64,000 nt of DNA from Desulfuromonadales bacterium (GCA_033549025.1 JAWSUS010000003.1:96001-160000), one strand, 5' to 3'; counted from the stretch's first letter, positions 29,710 to 41,140 are shown. Program-made: numbers and translations. The notes: generated by a model not told the origin, from the letters alone.

Positions 29710-31800
29710 TCAGTTTCGAGATTCCAGATCACGGCTGAAGCCGCCAAAGCGCCCCAAGCCGGACATGGAAAAAGAGAGCATGATCTCCGATTCGTCCAGA
29801 CGATCCCGGTAGGTAAGAAAGAGGCTCCAGCATTGTGCCCGATATTCCGCATCGACCAGATTTTCCAGGGTCTGTCCTTCCAGCAGATCACGCCGGTGCT
29901 CGTAGCGCAGGTGAATCGGCGCCAACAGACCGGTAGTCAGGGTACCGCCAAGATATTCGAGCTCAGCGCTGCCTTCATCTTCCTTGGCCTGCCGGTACTC
30001 GATGGATAGGGCGTTTTTCCGTTGGTCTTTTATGGTGCCTCGCGCATTGAAACGCACGAGATCCTGCTGGTCCGAGTCAAAGTCGTAGGATGCGTCGAGA
30101 TCGAGAGTGGCATAGCGGGACGGACGCAGAATGAGCTCACCGCGCAGAGGCGAGAAGGGATGGCGAGAGGAATCCTCAGGTTCGAGATCGCGACGGCCCT
30201 CCTCAATGTCATACGCCTGGGACAGGCGCAGATAGAGAAATTCGAGATAATCCGCCTCGTCTGTCGTTTTTTCCCTTCGGGCCGTCCAGCGATTGGTCAG
30301 TCCGAAGACAAGGTGGTTCTTTTCCCAGAGGCGGTCATCTCTGTCGAAATAGGGCAAGTGGCTCTGATCTTCTTCCGGAATATAGCGATAGAGGATTTCA
30401 GGCTCGAGGCTGTGACGGATTTTTCGCCAAGAACCCCATTCAGCCGAAAATACCCGACTCAGGCGGGTAGAGAGGCGAGCGGTAATTTCGGGCATTCCTT
30501 CTTGTTCTTCGCTGTCGGAAGTCCAGTAGAATCGCTGCCGGTAGGCCAGCTCCGGCGAAAAGTCAAAGACACCCCAGGGGCGGAAGGCAGCGGCCACCAC
30601 CGGCCGGAGATCGAGGCGCTCCCCCTTGAGCCCTTCTTTGCGCCAGAAATAGTTGGATGAACTATCGAACTGCAGATAGAAGGGGGTGGCGCCCACACGC
30701 TGGCGGATCACATCCACCCGAACCTCCGGCAGGCGTTGCAGAACGGTGTCATCATCCCGGTCAATGACCTGGATATACTGCAGCTGTGCCGTGGCGTTGG
30801 TTTTTCCCCAGCTTCGACTGAGGTAAACTGTCGACTTGGTTTGATCCTTGTTGTATTCGCCGGCGATGTCACCGAAGTCCTCAAAGTAATCCCGGCTGCT
30901 GACGTATTCGACGTCGGCGGCCAGACGCACGCGACCGGGCAGGAAACCATAGTGATTCCACTCCAGCGCGTAACGGTCATCCGACTCGTCGTAGCTGCTG
31001 ATGTGATAACCTCGCATCTGACCTTCGTTTTCCCGCCCGAAAATGTAGCGATACTCCAGTCCCTTGCCTAACCCCATGCGGGCGAGGTAATCCAGGTAGA
31101 AGGTGGCATCCTGGTTGCGCGCGATAACCTGATAGTACGCGAGGTTGACCTGGAGGCCTTTTTTATCGGAATAACCGACGCTCGGCATCAAAAAACCGGA
31201 AGAACGCTCGGTCTGCACGGGGTAAACGACGTAGGGAAGATAGAGAACGGGCAGGTCATGGAGGTAGAAGACCACGTGCTTGCCGCGGGCAAAACCGCCG
31301 AGAGTCACCTTGAGGTCGCTGGCCCCGAACTTCCAGGAAGGAATCTCGCCGTCGCAGGTGGTGAAGGTTCCCCGCCGGATACGGTAGGACTGCTCCCCGG
31401 TCTTTTCGACGGAATCCCCGGTCAGATAAAAATTGTCTTTACGCAGAAAGACCCTCGCCCCTTCTACCACACCGACACCCGAATCGATGTTCATCCGCAG
31501 CCGCTCCCCATCAAGGGTTCCCTGCGGCTCCTCCAGGTGCACGTCCCCTTCCGCAGAGACATGACCACTCAGGGAGTCCCACACGAGCGACTCGCTCTGC
31601 AAGGTCAGATTCCCCCGTCGCAACAGCACATCGCCGTCGGCCCGATAGGCACCGCTGCTTCTGTCGTAGCTCATGGCATCGGCCTGCAGGTGGACGGTCT
31701 CGGCCGGCAGACTATCGGCCGCACAGGATTCTCCCCCTGTCAAAATAAAGGCGAGCAGGGCAACACAAAAAGTCAGGACATATCGGCAATAGGAGCGCAT
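29710..31800 (-). CDS. lptD: LPS-assembly protein LptD
   Basis: Signal peptide, FTTC, LYLPY, RSSGFLMP, barrel C-terminus Y.AQCW. Confidence 0.9.
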   Translation of the reverse strand: MRSYCRYVLTFCVALLAFILTGGESCAADSLPAETVHLQADAMSYDRSSGAYRADGDVLLRRGNLTLQSESLVWDSLSGHVSAEGDVHLEEPQGTLDGERLRMNIDSGVGVVEGARVFLRKDNFYLTGDSVEKTGEQSYRIRRGTFTTCDGEIPSWKFGASDLKVTLGGFARGKHVVFYLHDLPVLYLPYVVYPVQTERSSGFLMPSVGYSDKKGLQVNLAYYQVIARNQDATFYLDYLARMGLGKGLEYRYIFGRENEGQMRGYHISSYDESDDRYALEWNHYGFLPGRVRLAADVEYVSSRDYFEDFGDIAGEYNKDQTKSTVYLSRSWGKTNATAQLQYIQVIDRDDDTVLQRLPEVRVDVIRQRVGATPFYLQFDSSSNYFWRKEGLKGERLDLRPVVAAAFRPWGVFDFSPELAYRQRFYWTSDSEEQEGMPEITARLSTRLSRVFSAEWGSWRKIRHSLEPEILYRYIPEEDQSHLPYFDRDDRLWEKNHLVFGLTNRWTARREKTTDEADYLEFLYLRLSQAYDIEEGRRDLEPEDSSRHPFSPLRGELILRPSRYATLDLDASYDFDSDQQDLVRFNARGTIKDQRKNALSIEYRQAKEDEGSAELEYLGGTLTTGLLAPIHLRYEHRRDLLEGQTLENLVDAEYRAQCWSLFLTYRDRLDESEIMLSFSMSGLGRFGGFSRDLESRN

Positions 31801-33071
31801 CACAGGCCTTTTTCATCCTGCTGCTGCAGGTATTCACGGGCGGCCGCCACCAAATAGAGCGAACCGGCCACCAAAACGATTTCTTCAGGAGTCCTCTGCG
31901 CCAGCGCTGCAGCCAGAGCCTCCTCGGGGGAAAGCCAGGCCGAGCAAGGGACATCGTGCCGGGCGACGGCCTCACAGAGATCCTGAACTGCAACGGCTTC
32001 TTCGACCGGAGGGGGGGCGCAGTAGACCTCTTTTACCAGGGGGAGCAAAGGCGAGAGAAGATCGGCAGGATTTCGGCCGGCCTTCATACCGAACACCCAG
32101 CGAATCCCCGCAGGCCGCAGTGAGATGAGATATTCAGCCAGCACCTCGGCGCCGGCAGCGTTGTGGGCGCCATCCAGCAGGAGAAAGTTCCCGCCACCCC
32201 ACCATTCCAAACGCCCCGGCCAGCGTACGCTCTCGACCCCGCGCCGAAGAGCCTCTTCGGGCAGAGCCACCCCTTGCTCGCGCAGGGCCAGAGCACCGGC
32301 CAGAGCCTGCCCCATATTGTGCATCTGATGACGGCCGGGCAGGGCCGGCTTCACATTCTCCAGGCAGATCCCCTGGGCGGCAAAGGTAAATCGTCCCCCT
32401 CGTGGGATAACGGTATAGTCGACCCCGGCCACCCAGGTGGGGCAGTTCTTTTGACCGGCCCGTGACAGAAGTACCTCCAGGGCGCTGTCATCCTGGCTAC
32501 CAATGACTACCGGCACACCTTCTTTGAGAATGCCGGCTTTCTCGCCGGCGATGGAGGCGAGGTCTCCCCCCAGATGCTCGACATGGTCAAGACTGACCGG
32601 GGTAATGAGGGTAAGTTGGGGCGTGACGGCGTTGGTTGCATCCAGCCGGCCGCCCATTCCGGTCTCCAGTATGGCAAAATCGACCTTTTGTCGGGAAAAA
32701 TAAAGAAGAGCCAGCGCCGTGGTGAATTCGAAGAAGGTCGCCGGAACAGAGCTGGAAAAAGCCCTGATCTCTTCGGTCAGCGCACAGACATCGGCTTCCG
32801 AGATAGGGCAACGGTCCACCTGGATGCGCTCAGTGAAGGAGTGCAGATGGGGGGAGGTGTAAAGGCCTGTTTTGTAGCCGGCCTGCCGAAGAATTTCCGC
32901 CAGAGCGGCCGAAACCGAGCCCTTACCGTTGGTGCCAGCCACATGAATGACGGAGTAGGCCTTTTCGGGATGGTGCAAGGCATCCAGCAGGTTTTTTATA
33001 TTCTCGAGGCCGAGTTTGATACCAAACCGCTGAAGGCCGTACAGGTAATCAAGGCTCTCGCCGTAGTGCAC
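31800..33071 (-). CDS. folC: Folylpolyglutamate/dihydrofolate synthase
   Basis: HVAGTNGKGS, YTSPHL, ETGMGGRLDATN, DGAHN, GSLYLV. Confidence 0.96.
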   Translation of the reverse strand: MHYGESLDYLYGLQRFGIKLGLENIKNLLDALHHPEKAYSVIHVAGTNGKGSVSAALAEILRQAGYKTGLYTSPHLHSFTERIQVDRCPISEADVCALTEEIRAFSSSVPATFFEFTTALALLYFSRQKVDFAILETGMGGRLDATNAVTPQLTLITPVSLDHVEHLGGDLASIAGEKAGILKEGVPVVIGSQDDSALEVLLSRAGQKNCPTWVAGVDYTVIPRGGRFTFAAQGICLENVKPALPGRHQMHNMGQALAGALALREQGVALPEEALRRGVESVRWPGRLEWWGGGNFLLLDGAHNAAGAEVLAEYLISLRPAGIRWVFGMKAGRNPADLLSPLLPLVKEVYCAPPPVEEAVAVQDLCEAVARHDVPCSAWLSPEEALAAALAQRTPEEIVLVAGSLYLVAAAREYLQQQDEKGL

Positions 33072-33074
33072 CGG

Positions 33075-33923
33075 TCAGCTCTTGGTGAAAATACGTAAAA
33101 TCTGGCCAAGCCTCGCCTTCATTTCCTGGCGGCGGACGATCATGTCGACCATGCCATGCTCCAGCAGGTATTCGGAGCGCTGGAAACCTTCGGGGAGTTT
33201 CTGCCGGATCGTCTGCTCGATGACACGGGGGCCGGCAAAGCCGATGAGGGCCCGTGGTTCAGCCATATTGATATCCCCCAGCATGGCGAAACTGGCCGTC
33301 ACGCCACCGGTGGTGGGATCGGTCAGCACCGAAATAAAGGGGATGCCGGCTGCCTTGAGTTTAGCCAGCGCCGCACTGGTTTTGGCCATCTGCATGAGGG
33401 AGAGAATACTCTCCTGCATGCGGGCACCGCCGGAAGAGGAAAAAACGATCACCGGAGCTCTGTTCTCCAGTCCCTTTTCAATCGCCCGGGTGATCTTTTC
33501 ACCGACCACCGAGCCCATGCTGCCGCCCATGAAACCGAAATCGAAGACGGCCACCACCACGGCCAGCCCCTCGATGGTTCCCTCGCCGCAGACGACCGCG
33601 TCGCCGCCACCGCTCTTCTTGACGGCCGCCTTGATTCGCTCCTTGTATTTTTTGGAATCCTTGAAGTCGAGAAAGTCGACGGACTCCATGGCGGCATCCA
33701 TTTCGACAAAAGAGCCCTCGTCGAGGGTCAGCGCGATCCTCTCGCGGGCACTGATGCGAAAGTGATAGTCGCACTTCGGGCAGACATTGAGATTGCGCTC
33801 AATCTCCTTGGTATAGATAATCTCATTACAGTTTTTGCATTTGCTCCAGACGCCTTCGGGCATCTTAACTTTTTTCGTTTCAACCGGCGCAATGGGCGCT
33901 TTCGATTTTTTAAACCAGGACAT
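33075..33923 (-). CDS. accD: Acetyl-CoA carboxylase carboxyltransferase beta subunit
   Basis: Zn finger CKNC...[25 protein letters not shown]. Confidence 0.97.
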   Translation of the reverse strand: MSWFKKSKAPIAPVETKKVKMPEGVWSKCKNCNEIIYTKEIERNLNVCPKCDYHFRISARERIALTLDEGSFVEMDAAMESVDFLDFKDSKKYKERIKAAVKKSGGGDAVVCGEGTIEGLAVVVAVFDFGFMGGSMGSVVGEKITRAIEKGLENRAPVIVFSSSGGARMQESILSLMQMAKTSAALAKLKAAGIPFISVLTDPTTGGVTASFAMLGDINMAEPRALIGFAGPRVIEQTIRQKLPEGFQRSEYLLEHGMVDMIVRRQEMKARLGQILRIFTKS

Positions 33924-34083
33924 CTCGTTTCCTCATTTCTCCAGGGACCGGCAATCGCCTTCCCCTGCGAATAGGGCGCCATGACGTGCAGGCCCTGTCA
34001 TCTGACTGAGGCCTGAGCCGAAGCGCAGTCCGCAAAACGGCGGAGCGCTCTTGCGCTCTTCACTAACCCAGCTCCACCTTGTA

Positions 34084-34893
34084 TTAAGCCGTATATCCGG
34101 AACGAACACCTTCTTTGAGCGCCCTGACAAATTCCCGCACTCTCGATACCAGCTCAGGGGACTCCCCATAGGCCTCTATCACGCGGACCAGGGCGCTGCC
34201 AACCACCACGGCATCCGCAAAGCCTGCTACCGCCCTGGCGTCATCCGGAGTCGCGATGCCGAAACCAACGGCTATGGGAACGGGGCTCTTTGCCTTCAGC
34301 TCGGCGACACTCTCAGCAATAGCGGCCGCGTCGATAGTCCTGCTTCCCGTCACCCCGGTCATGGACACGTAATACAGGTATCCTTCTGCCGTCGCCGCCA
34401 GCCTCATGGCCCGGTCGCTGGGGGTTGTCGGCGCCAGCAGGGTGATCAGATGCAGGCCGGAGGACTGAAGAGCTTCACCGATCTCTTCCGCCTCTTCGGG
34501 AGGCAGATCGACCAGGAGAAGGCCATCGACTCCCGCCTTGGCCGCATCGGCGCAAAACCGTTCGGGACCATAGCGAAACACCTGATTGTAATAGCCCATC
34601 AACACAATAGGGATATTGGTGTGCTGCCGTACGCGCCGGACCGACTCAAGTATTCCCGCCAGGGTCGTACCGGCGGCCAGAGCCCGCTCGGAGGAGGCCT
34701 GAATGGTCGGGCCGTCGGCCATGGGATCGGAAAAAGGTACGCCGAGTTCGATAATATCAGCGCCGGCGTCCACTAGGGCATGGATCAACTCTTCCGTCCG
34801 GGCGAGATCTGGATCCCCTGCCGTCAGGAAGGGAACCAAAGCCCGCTCCCCCTTATTTTTCAGTTGCGCAAAGGTCGTTTCGATCCGCCCCAT
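34084..34893 (-). CDS. trpA: Tryptophan synthase alpha chain
   Basis: TAGDP, ELGVPFSDPMADGPTIQ, GVTG, VGFGI; ATG 34893. Confidence 0.97.
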   Translation of the reverse strand: MGRIETTFAQLKNKGERALVPFLTAGDPDLARTEELIHALVDAGADIIELGVPFSDPMADGPTIQASSERALAAGTTLAGILESVRRVRQHTNIPIVLMGYYNQVFRYGPERFCADAAKAGVDGLLLVDLPPEEAEEIGEALQSSGLHLITLLAPTTPSDRAMRLAATAEGYLYYVSMTGVTGSRTIDAAAIAESVAELKAKSPVPIAVGFGIATPDDARAVAGFADAVVVGSALVRVIEAYGESPELVSRVREFVRALKEGVRSGYTA

Positions 34894-34949
34894 GGTCATC
34901 CTTTTAGCCAGATTAAATTCCGTCAGTCTAATCGAACGCCGATTCCATT

Positions 34950-35630
34950 TCAACCGTTTTCTCCCGCAACCAGCTCCCGAACCCGACTCAGTAACTGCAG
35001 AAACATGTCGCTGGTTATGCGGCCCGTTTGTACATTATAGCGGCTGGTGTGGTAACTGGCCACCAGCACAGGTGCTCCCTCGGGCCGGTAAACGGCGCCA
35101 TGGGCAAAGGGGTAACGGGAAGCGCGGTCGATAATACCCTCTTCCACCAGATGCTTGAGAAAGCTGACAAAAGCCCCCTGCCCCAGCAGGACGACAACCT
35201 TGAGGCAAGACAGGGAGGCCAGCTCCTCGGCCAGATAAGGGCGGCAGCAGGCAAACTCGTCGGCGGTCGGCTTGTTCTGCGGAGGCAGGCATTTGACGGC
35301 ATTGCTGATATAGAGATCATGCAGGGTCAGACCGTCGCCGCGATGAGAAACCTCGCTTTGGTTGGCGAAACCGACCTTGTGCAGCAATGGGTACATAAAA
35401 TCGCCGGCGCCGTCACCTGTAAAGGGCCGTCCCGTCCGATTGGCGCCGTGCGCACCCGGAGCCAGCCCCACCAGAAAAACCCGGGCCAGCGGGTCACCAA
35501 ATCCGGGCACCGGGCGGTTCCAGTAGTCGGCGCGGTCATAACCCTTTTTGGGCGGCAGTTCGTCCATGCAGCGTCGGAGTCGACCGCAACGGGTACAGGT
35601 CAGCAACCCACGCATCTGCTCCCCTAGCAT
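34950..35630 (-). CDS. Uracil-DNA glycosylase, family 5-like (Fe-S)
   Basis: CTRC, VPGFGD, GLAPGAHGANRTGRPFTGD, VKCLPPQNKP, YHTS. Confidence 0.88.
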   Translation of the reverse strand: MLGEQMRGLLTCTRCGRLRRCMDELPPKKGYDRADYWNRPVPGFGDPLARVFLVGLAPGAHGANRTGRPFTGDGAGDFMYPLLHKVGFANQSEVSHRGDGLTLHDLYISNAVKCLPPQNKPTADEFACCRPYLAEELASLSCLKVVVLLGQGAFVSFLKHLVEEGIIDRASRYPFAHGAVYRPEGAPVLVASYHTSRYNVQTGRITSDMFLQLLSRVRELVAGENG

Positions 35631-35706
35631 ATCGCCCCCCCCTGACCAAAAGTCCCGAGAGTCCAGAAAAGACCATCAAGCCCTGCGATTGGGTGCATGG
35701 TGTCCA

Positions 35707-36990
35707 TCACCCTTTAGGGGGAGCGCCCTTGTCCCCGGGCTTTTTCTTGCGGCGGCGGGGAGCGTGACGCGGCCGCTCCGACTTGCCGGGCCTGGCGGAT
35801 CGCTCCGGTACCGGGGCTTTTTTGCGCGGAGGGGCCTTTTTGTAATCCCAGACAAAATCGGCCTCAACGGGGAAGTCGCTGGGAACTTTATGGCCGATAT
35901 ATTCCTCGATTTCCGCCAGATGGTAGACGAGCTCCTCATCGGCAAAACTGATGGCCTTGCCCAGGGCTCCCGCCCGCGCCGTGCGACCGATGCGATGCAC
36001 GTAGTCTTCCGCATCCTGCGGCAGATCATAATTGATGACGTGGGTGACGCCATCGATGTGCAGGCCGCGAGAGGCCACATCCGTCGCCACCAGGAAATTG
36101 AGACGATCTTCCTTGAAGTCCTTGAGAATGCGCATCCGCTTGTTCTGGGGGATATCGCCTGAAATCACCGCGGCCTTGAAATCATTGGCCTTGAGACGGG
36201 CGGCCAGAAACTCCGCTTCACGCTTGGTGTTGACAAAAACCACGACCCGGTCGGCCCCGGGTTCTTTTTTCAGCAGGCCAAGCAGGAGGGGAAACTTCTC
36301 GCGCTGGGCCACATGGTAGACAATTTGCTCCACCCGTTCGGCGGTGACCTGCTCCGGCTCGATGCGCACCTTTTCCGCCAGATTCATGAATTCATAGGCC
36401 AATTCCATCACTCGCGGCGACAGCGTGGCGGAGAACAGGAAGGTCTGCCGTTTTTCAAAGGGGGGCAACTGGCGCAAAATGTAGCGCAGATCCTTGATGA
36501 AGCCCATGTCGAACATGCGATCGGCCTCGTCGATGACCAGGGATTCAACCTGGCGCAGGGAAAAGACCCGCTGTTTGGCATAGTCGATAAGACGGCCCGG
36601 GGTGGCGATAATGATATCGACGCCATCCTTGAGGGCCTGCCGCTGCTTGTCGTAATCCACCCCGCCGAAGATAGGTTGCAGGACGAAAGGGCAATGAGCG
36701 CCGAGGGCTTTGGCATCCTCCCAGATCTGCACGACCAATTCGCGGGTGGGAGCGAGAATGAGGGCGCGGGGGTTGTTGCCCGTGCGCTTTTCATTCTGTA
36801 GCAGGCGGGTAAAGAGAGAAATCAGAAAGGCGGCCGTCTTGCCGGTGCCGGTCTGCGCCTGGCCGGCGACATCATTGCCCGCCAGGGCCAGGGGAATAGA
36901 TTCTTCCTGGACGGCGGTCAGTTCGGTAAAGCCGACATCCTGAATGCCTTTGAGTACAGGTTCCGGCAGGTTGAGCTCGGTAAATTTCAT
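35707..36990 (-). CDS. rhlB: DEAD-box RNA helicase, RhlB-like
   Basis: AQTGTGKT, PTREL, TPGRL, DEADRMFDMGFIKD, SAT, HRIGRTAR, basic tail. Confidence 0.85.
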   Translation of the reverse strand: MKFTELNLPEPVLKGIQDVGFTELTAVQEESIPLALAGNDVAGQAQTGTGKTAAFLISLFTRLLQNEKRTGNNPRALILAPTRELVVQIWEDAKALGAHCPFVLQPIFGGVDYDKQRQALKDGVDIIIATPGRLIDYAKQRVFSLRQVESLVIDEADRMFDMGFIKDLRYILRQLPPFEKRQTFLFSATLSPRVMELAYEFMNLAEKVRIEPEQVTAERVEQIVYHVAQREKFPLLLGLLKKEPGADRVVVFVNTKREAEFLAARLKANDFKAAVISGDIPQNKRMRILKDFKEDRLNFLVATDVASRGLHIDGVTHVINYDLPQDAEDYVHRIGRTARAGALGKAISFADEELVYHLAEIEEYIGHKVPSDFPVEADFVWDYKKAPPRKKAPVPERSARPGKSERPRHAPRRRKKKPGDKGAPPKG

Positions 36991-37008
36991 GGTTTTCCTT
37001 ATGGTAAT

Positions 37009-38202
37009 CTAGAGTTCGACCCCCATGGCCTCGGCTACCGTGTGAATATCCTTGTCGCCACGCCCCGAGAGGCAGACCACGATGAGGGCCTCCTTGGGCA
37101 GACTCGGCGCCATTTTCACCACCTGGGCGATGGCATGGGAGCTTTCAAGAGCGGGGATGATCCCTTCCAACTCCGTCAGGAGGCGGAACGATTCAAGAGC
37201 CTCCTGATCCGTTATGGAAACGTACTCGGCACGGCCCAAGGCGTGTAGATGGGCGTGCTCCGGTCCTACTCCGGGGTAATCCAGGCCGGCGGAAATGGAG
37301 TGGGCGTGCTGAATCTGGCCGTGGTCATCCTGCAGCAGAAAGGTTTTGTTGCCGTGAAGCACGCCGACGCTGCCCGCGGAGATACTGGCGGCATGTTTGT
37401 CGGTATCGACGCCCAGTCCGGCGGCCTCCACACCGACCAGGCGCACATCCTTATCCTCGACAAAGGGGTAAAACAGGCCCATAGCGTTGGAACCGCCCCC
37501 GATGCAGGCAACGGCAATATCGGGCAGGCGCCCTTCGGCCGTCAGGATCTGTTCACGGGTCTCCCGCCCGATGACCGCCTGAAAATCACGCACGATCTGA
37601 GGGTAAGGGTGGGGGCCCGCCACGGTTCCGATGATGTAGAAGGTGTCGCGGACATGGGTCACCCAGTGGCGCAGGGCATCGTTCATGGCATCCTTGAGGG
37701 TCGCCGTGCCGCTGGTCACCCCATGCACCTTGGCACCGAGCAGTTTCATGCGAAAGACATTCAGGGCCTGACGGCGGATATCCTCCGTCCCCATGAAAAC
37801 CTCGCATTCCATTCCGAAAAGGGCAGCGACCGTCGCCGTCGCCACACCGTGCTGGCCCGCCCCTGTTTCGGCAATCACCTTTTTCTTGCCCATGCGACGC
37901 GCCAACAGCGCCTGCCCGACCGTATTGTTCACCTTGTGGGCGCCGGTGTGATTGAGGTCTTCACGCTTGAGATAGATTTTGGCGCCACCGAGATGTTCGG
38001 TCAGGCGGCTGGCGAAGTAGAGGGGGCTGGGCCGCCCGACATAGTGCTGAAGATAGTACGAAAACTCCTGCTGGAAGGAGGGGTCGGCCAGGGCCTGGCG
38101 ATAGGCCTCTTCCAACTCGAGCAGAGCGGGCATCAAGGTTTCTGCGACGTAACGGCCACCGAACTGTCCAAAGTGGCCTCGTTCATCAGGGTAATGATAC
38201 AT
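37009..38202 (-). CDS. trpB: Tryptophan synthase beta chain (TrpB1)
   Basis: [47 protein letters not shown]. Confidence 0.97.
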   Translation of the reverse strand: MYHYPDERGHFGQFGGRYVAETLMPALLELEEAYRQALADPSFQQEFSYYLQHYVGRPSPLYFASRLTEHLGGAKIYLKREDLNHTGAHKVNNTVGQALLARRMGKKKVIAETGAGQHGVATATVAALFGMECEVFMGTEDIRRQALNVFRMKLLGAKVHGVTSGTATLKDAMNDALRHWVTHVRDTFYIIGTVAGPHPYPQIVRDFQAVIGRETREQILTAEGRLPDIAVACIGGGSNAMGLFYPFVEDKDVRLVGVEAAGLGVDTDKHAASISAGSVGVLHGNKTFLLQDDHGQIQHAHSISAGLDYPGVGPEHAHLHALGRAEYVSITDQEALESFRLLTELEGIIPALESSHAIAQVVKMAPSLPKEALIVVCLSGRGDKDIHTVAEAMGVEL

Positions 38203-38205
38203 GGG

Positions 38206-38847
38206 TCAATCCGTCCTTTTTTTGGCGCGGCGCACAAAAGCGGCCACCTTGTTCGGGTCCTTGCGTCCCGGTGAGCTCTCGACCCCACTGGAGACATCCA
38301 CAGCGTAGGGCCGCACACGTTGGACGGCGTCAGCCACATTCTCCGGCGTCAACCCGCCGGCCAGAATGACGGGATAACGCGAAGCCGCCTCGGCCGCGAG
38401 GTCCCAATTGAAACGATGCCCGGTGCCGCCATAGCTCCCGGCGACGTAGGAGTCGAGCAGAAAAGCCGAAACCTCATAGGCAGGCAGGGTGGACAGGCTG
38501 TTTTGGTCCTGCACCCTGAAAGCCTTGATCACGCGATGCGGCGGCAGGACACAATCAGCCGGAGCCTCATCCCCATGAAGCTGCGCGACATCCAGACCAC
38601 AGATGTCGAGGATTTCAGTCACACGAGAGGGGTCTTCATTGACAAAGAGTCCCACCGTGGTGACAAAGGGCGGCAGCGTCGCCACGATCCGCTTCACATC
38701 CTGGGGACGCACACAACGGGGACTGCCCGCATAAAAAACAAAACCCAAGGCATCGGCGCCGCATCGCGCGGCCATCAGCGCATCTTCTATGCACGTGATG
38801 CCGCAGACTTTAACCCGAACCTTCGCGTCTATGGGTTCCCCACTCAC
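38206..38847 (-). CDS. trpF: Phosphoribosylanthranilate isomerase
   Basis: VKVCGIT, QLHGDE, GGTG, LAGGL, DVSSGVE. Confidence 0.96.
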   Translation of the reverse strand: MSGEPIDAKVRVKVCGITCIEDALMAARCGADALGFVFYAGSPRCVRPQDVKRIVATLPPFVTTVGLFVNEDPSRVTEILDICGLDVAQLHGDEAPADCVLPPHRVIKAFRVQDQNSLSTLPAYEVSAFLLDSYVAGSYGGTGHRFNWDLAAEAASRYPVILAGGLTPENVADAVQRVRPYAVDVSSGVESSPGRKDPNKVAAFVRRAKKRTD

Positions 38848-40200
38848 CTAGTCGACCTTCGGCAGATTGGCCAAAGACGCCTTGATGCTTTCTTCAGGAT
38901 AATCATAATCCTTGAGCTCACCGGAAAAGTAGGCGTCGTAGGCGGCCATATCGACGTGGCCATGGCCGGAAAGGTTGAAGAGGATGGTCTTCTCCTTGCC
39001 TTCCTCCTTGGCCTGCAGCGCTTCGTCGACAGCGCCGCGGATGGCGTGACTCGACTCGGGGGCGGGAATAATCCCCTCGGTGCGGGAGAAGAGAACGGCC
39101 GCTTCAAAACAGGCCAGCTGGGGCACTGCCCTGGCATCGACGATACCGGCATGGACCAGTTGGGATACCAGCGGCGAGGCCCCATGGTAGCGCAGCCCAC
39201 CGGCATGGATGCCCGGCGGCATGAAATCATGCCCCAGAGTGTACATCTTGGCGACCGGAGCCATCTTGGCGGTATCCCCATAGTCAAAGGCATAGACACC
39301 GCTGGTGAGGGTGGGACAACTCGCCGGTTCCACCGCCACCACGCGCACATCCTTGCCGTTGGCCTTGTCGGCGACGAAGGGGAAAGCGATGCCGGCAAAG
39401 TTGGAGCCCCCACCATGGCAGCCGATGACGACGTCAGGATAGTCCCCCACCATGGCCAACTGCTCCTTGGCCTCAATACCGATGATGGTCTGGTGCAGGC
39501 ACACATGATTGAGGACGCTGCCCAGGGCATAGCGGGTATCTTCATGGGTGACAGCATCCTCCACCGCCTCACTGATCGCCATGCCGAGGGAGCCATTGCT
39601 GTCCGGGTCCTTGGCCAGGATCTCACGGCCGGCGTTGGTGCGGTCTGAGGGAGAAGGGATGACCTCGGCCCCCCAGAGCTGCATCATGCTCTTGCGGTAA
39701 GGCTTCTGGGCGTAGGAAACCTTAACCATATAAACCGTACATTCGAGCCCGAACATCTGGCAGGCCAGGGAGATGGAAGAGCCCCACTGCCCCGCCCCCG
39801 TCTCCGTGGCGATGCGGCGGGTTCCCGCCATTTTGTTGTAGTAGGCCTGAGGCACGGCGCTGTTTGGCTTGTGCGATCCGGCGGGGGAGCCCCCTTCGTA
39901 TTTGTAATAAATGCGGGCCGGCGTACCGAGTGCTTTTTCCAGACGATGGGCCCGGAACATCGGCGCCGGGCGCCAAATCTGGTAGATTTCACGCACCGCT
40001 TCCGGAATATCAATCCAGCGCTGACTGGAAACCTCCTGCTCAATCAGCGCCATGGGAAAGATGGGCAGCAGATCATCGGGGGCCACGGGTTGCATGGTGC
40101 CCGGATGAATCACCGGCGCCAACGGACCCGGCATGTCTGGAATAATATTGTACCACTGCTTCGGAATGCGATCTTCAGGAAGAAGAATCTTGGTCTGCAT
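38848..40200 (-). CDS. trpB2: TrpB-like PLP enzyme (TrpB2)
   Basis: [52 protein letters not shown] 40200. Confidence 0.93.
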   Translation of the reverse strand: MQTKILLPEDRIPKQWYNIIPDMPGPLAPVIHPGTMQPVAPDDLLPIFPMALIEQEVSSQRWIDIPEAVREIYQIWRPAPMFRAHRLEKALGTPARIYYKYEGGSPAGSHKPNSAVPQAYYNKMAGTRRIATETGAGQWGSSISLACQMFGLECTVYMVKVSYAQKPYRKSMMQLWGAEVIPSPSDRTNAGREILAKDPDSNGSLGMAISEAVEDAVTHEDTRYALGSVLNHVCLHQTIIGIEAKEQLAMVGDYPDVVIGCHGGGSNFAGIAFPFVADKANGKDVRVVAVEPASCPTLTSGVYAFDYGDTAKMAPVAKMYTLGHDFMPPGIHAGGLRYHGASPLVSQLVHAGIVDARAVPQLACFEAAVLFSRTEGIIPAPESSHAIRGAVDEALQAKEEGKEKTILFNLSGHGHVDMAAYDAYFSGELKDYDYPEESIKASLANLPKVD

Positions 40201-40290
40201 GATATCTCCTTGAAATGACAGAGCAGGCACAGGGCCATGCCCCCATGCCGCGCCTGAACAGAAAAACAGGATCCGTCGGGCAGCCGTCGG

Positions 40291-41091
40291 TTATCCCAAA
40301 AGTTCCTCTAGCTTGCCGCCCATGTCCGCCTCGCGCATGAGCGATTCTCCCACCAAAAAAGCGCCTGCTCCCGCCCGCAGCAGGCGTTCGACGTCACCAC
40401 GACTGTTGATACCGCTTTCCGACACCACCAGCCGGCCCGTCGGCACCAGGGGCCGCAGTCGCTCCGTGGTCGCCAGATCGGTGACAAAAGTATGCAGCGA
40501 GCGGTTATTGATGCCGATCAGCCTGCAGTCGGTCTGAAGAGCCCGCTCCAGCTCTGCTTCATCATGGACTTCCAGCAGGACGTCGAGCTGCAGTTCAGCC
40601 GCCAGGGCGGAAAACTCCTGCAACTGAGGTACGTCGAGCATGGCCGCGATCAGGAGGATGGCATCGGCGCCATAGGCCCGCGCCTCGTAAATCTGATAGG
40701 GGTCGAAGATGAAGTCCTTGCGCAGCAGGGGCAAGCTGACCTGTTCCCGAACCAGACCGAGATAATGGAGATGTCCCTGGAAAAATGTCGACTCCGTAAG
40801 AACAGAAAGACAGGTTGCTCCGTGGTCCTGATAAACTTCCGCAATCTCCAGGGGATCGAAATCAGTGCGGATTATCCCCTTGGAGGGCGAGGCCTTCTTT
40901 ATTTCGGCAATGATGGCCGTACCGCCCGACTCCGCCATGACGCCCAGCGCCTGCGCAAAGCCCCGGGGCGTGTCTTCGACCAGAGAGAGCCGGTCGAGCA
41001 GGCGTTCCAAAGGGAATTGGCTTTTGGCTGCCGCCACCTCTTCACGTTTGCGGTCGACAATTTTTTTCAGAATATCGGGGGTAGCGATCAT
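40291..41091 (-). CDS. trpC: Indole-3-glycerol phosphate synthase
   Basis: IAEIKKASPSKG, LSVLTE, LRKDF, GINNR, SESGI, LVGE; ATG 41091. Confidence 0.96.
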   Translation of the reverse strand: MIATPDILKKIVDRKREEVAAAKSQFPLERLLDRLSLVEDTPRGFAQALGVMAESGGTAIIAEIKKASPSKGIIRTDFDPLEIAEVYQDHGATCLSVLTESTFFQGHLHYLGLVREQVSLPLLRKDFIFDPYQIYEARAYGADAILLIAAMLDVPQLQEFSALAAELQLDVLLEVHDEAELERALQTDCRLIGINNRSLHTFVTDLATTERLRPLVPTGRLVVSESGINSRGDVERLLRAGAGAFLVGESLMREADMGGKLEELLG

Positions 41092-41140
41092 GAATTCATC
41101 CCGAGGACGGCGGTCGTCCAGAATATGAGCTTTTTCCAGG

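Noticed and set aside
33924..34083. GC-rich trpA-accD spacer with short inverted repeats
   Set aside because: The stems are short and expected at this GC content; no credible ORF or known motif
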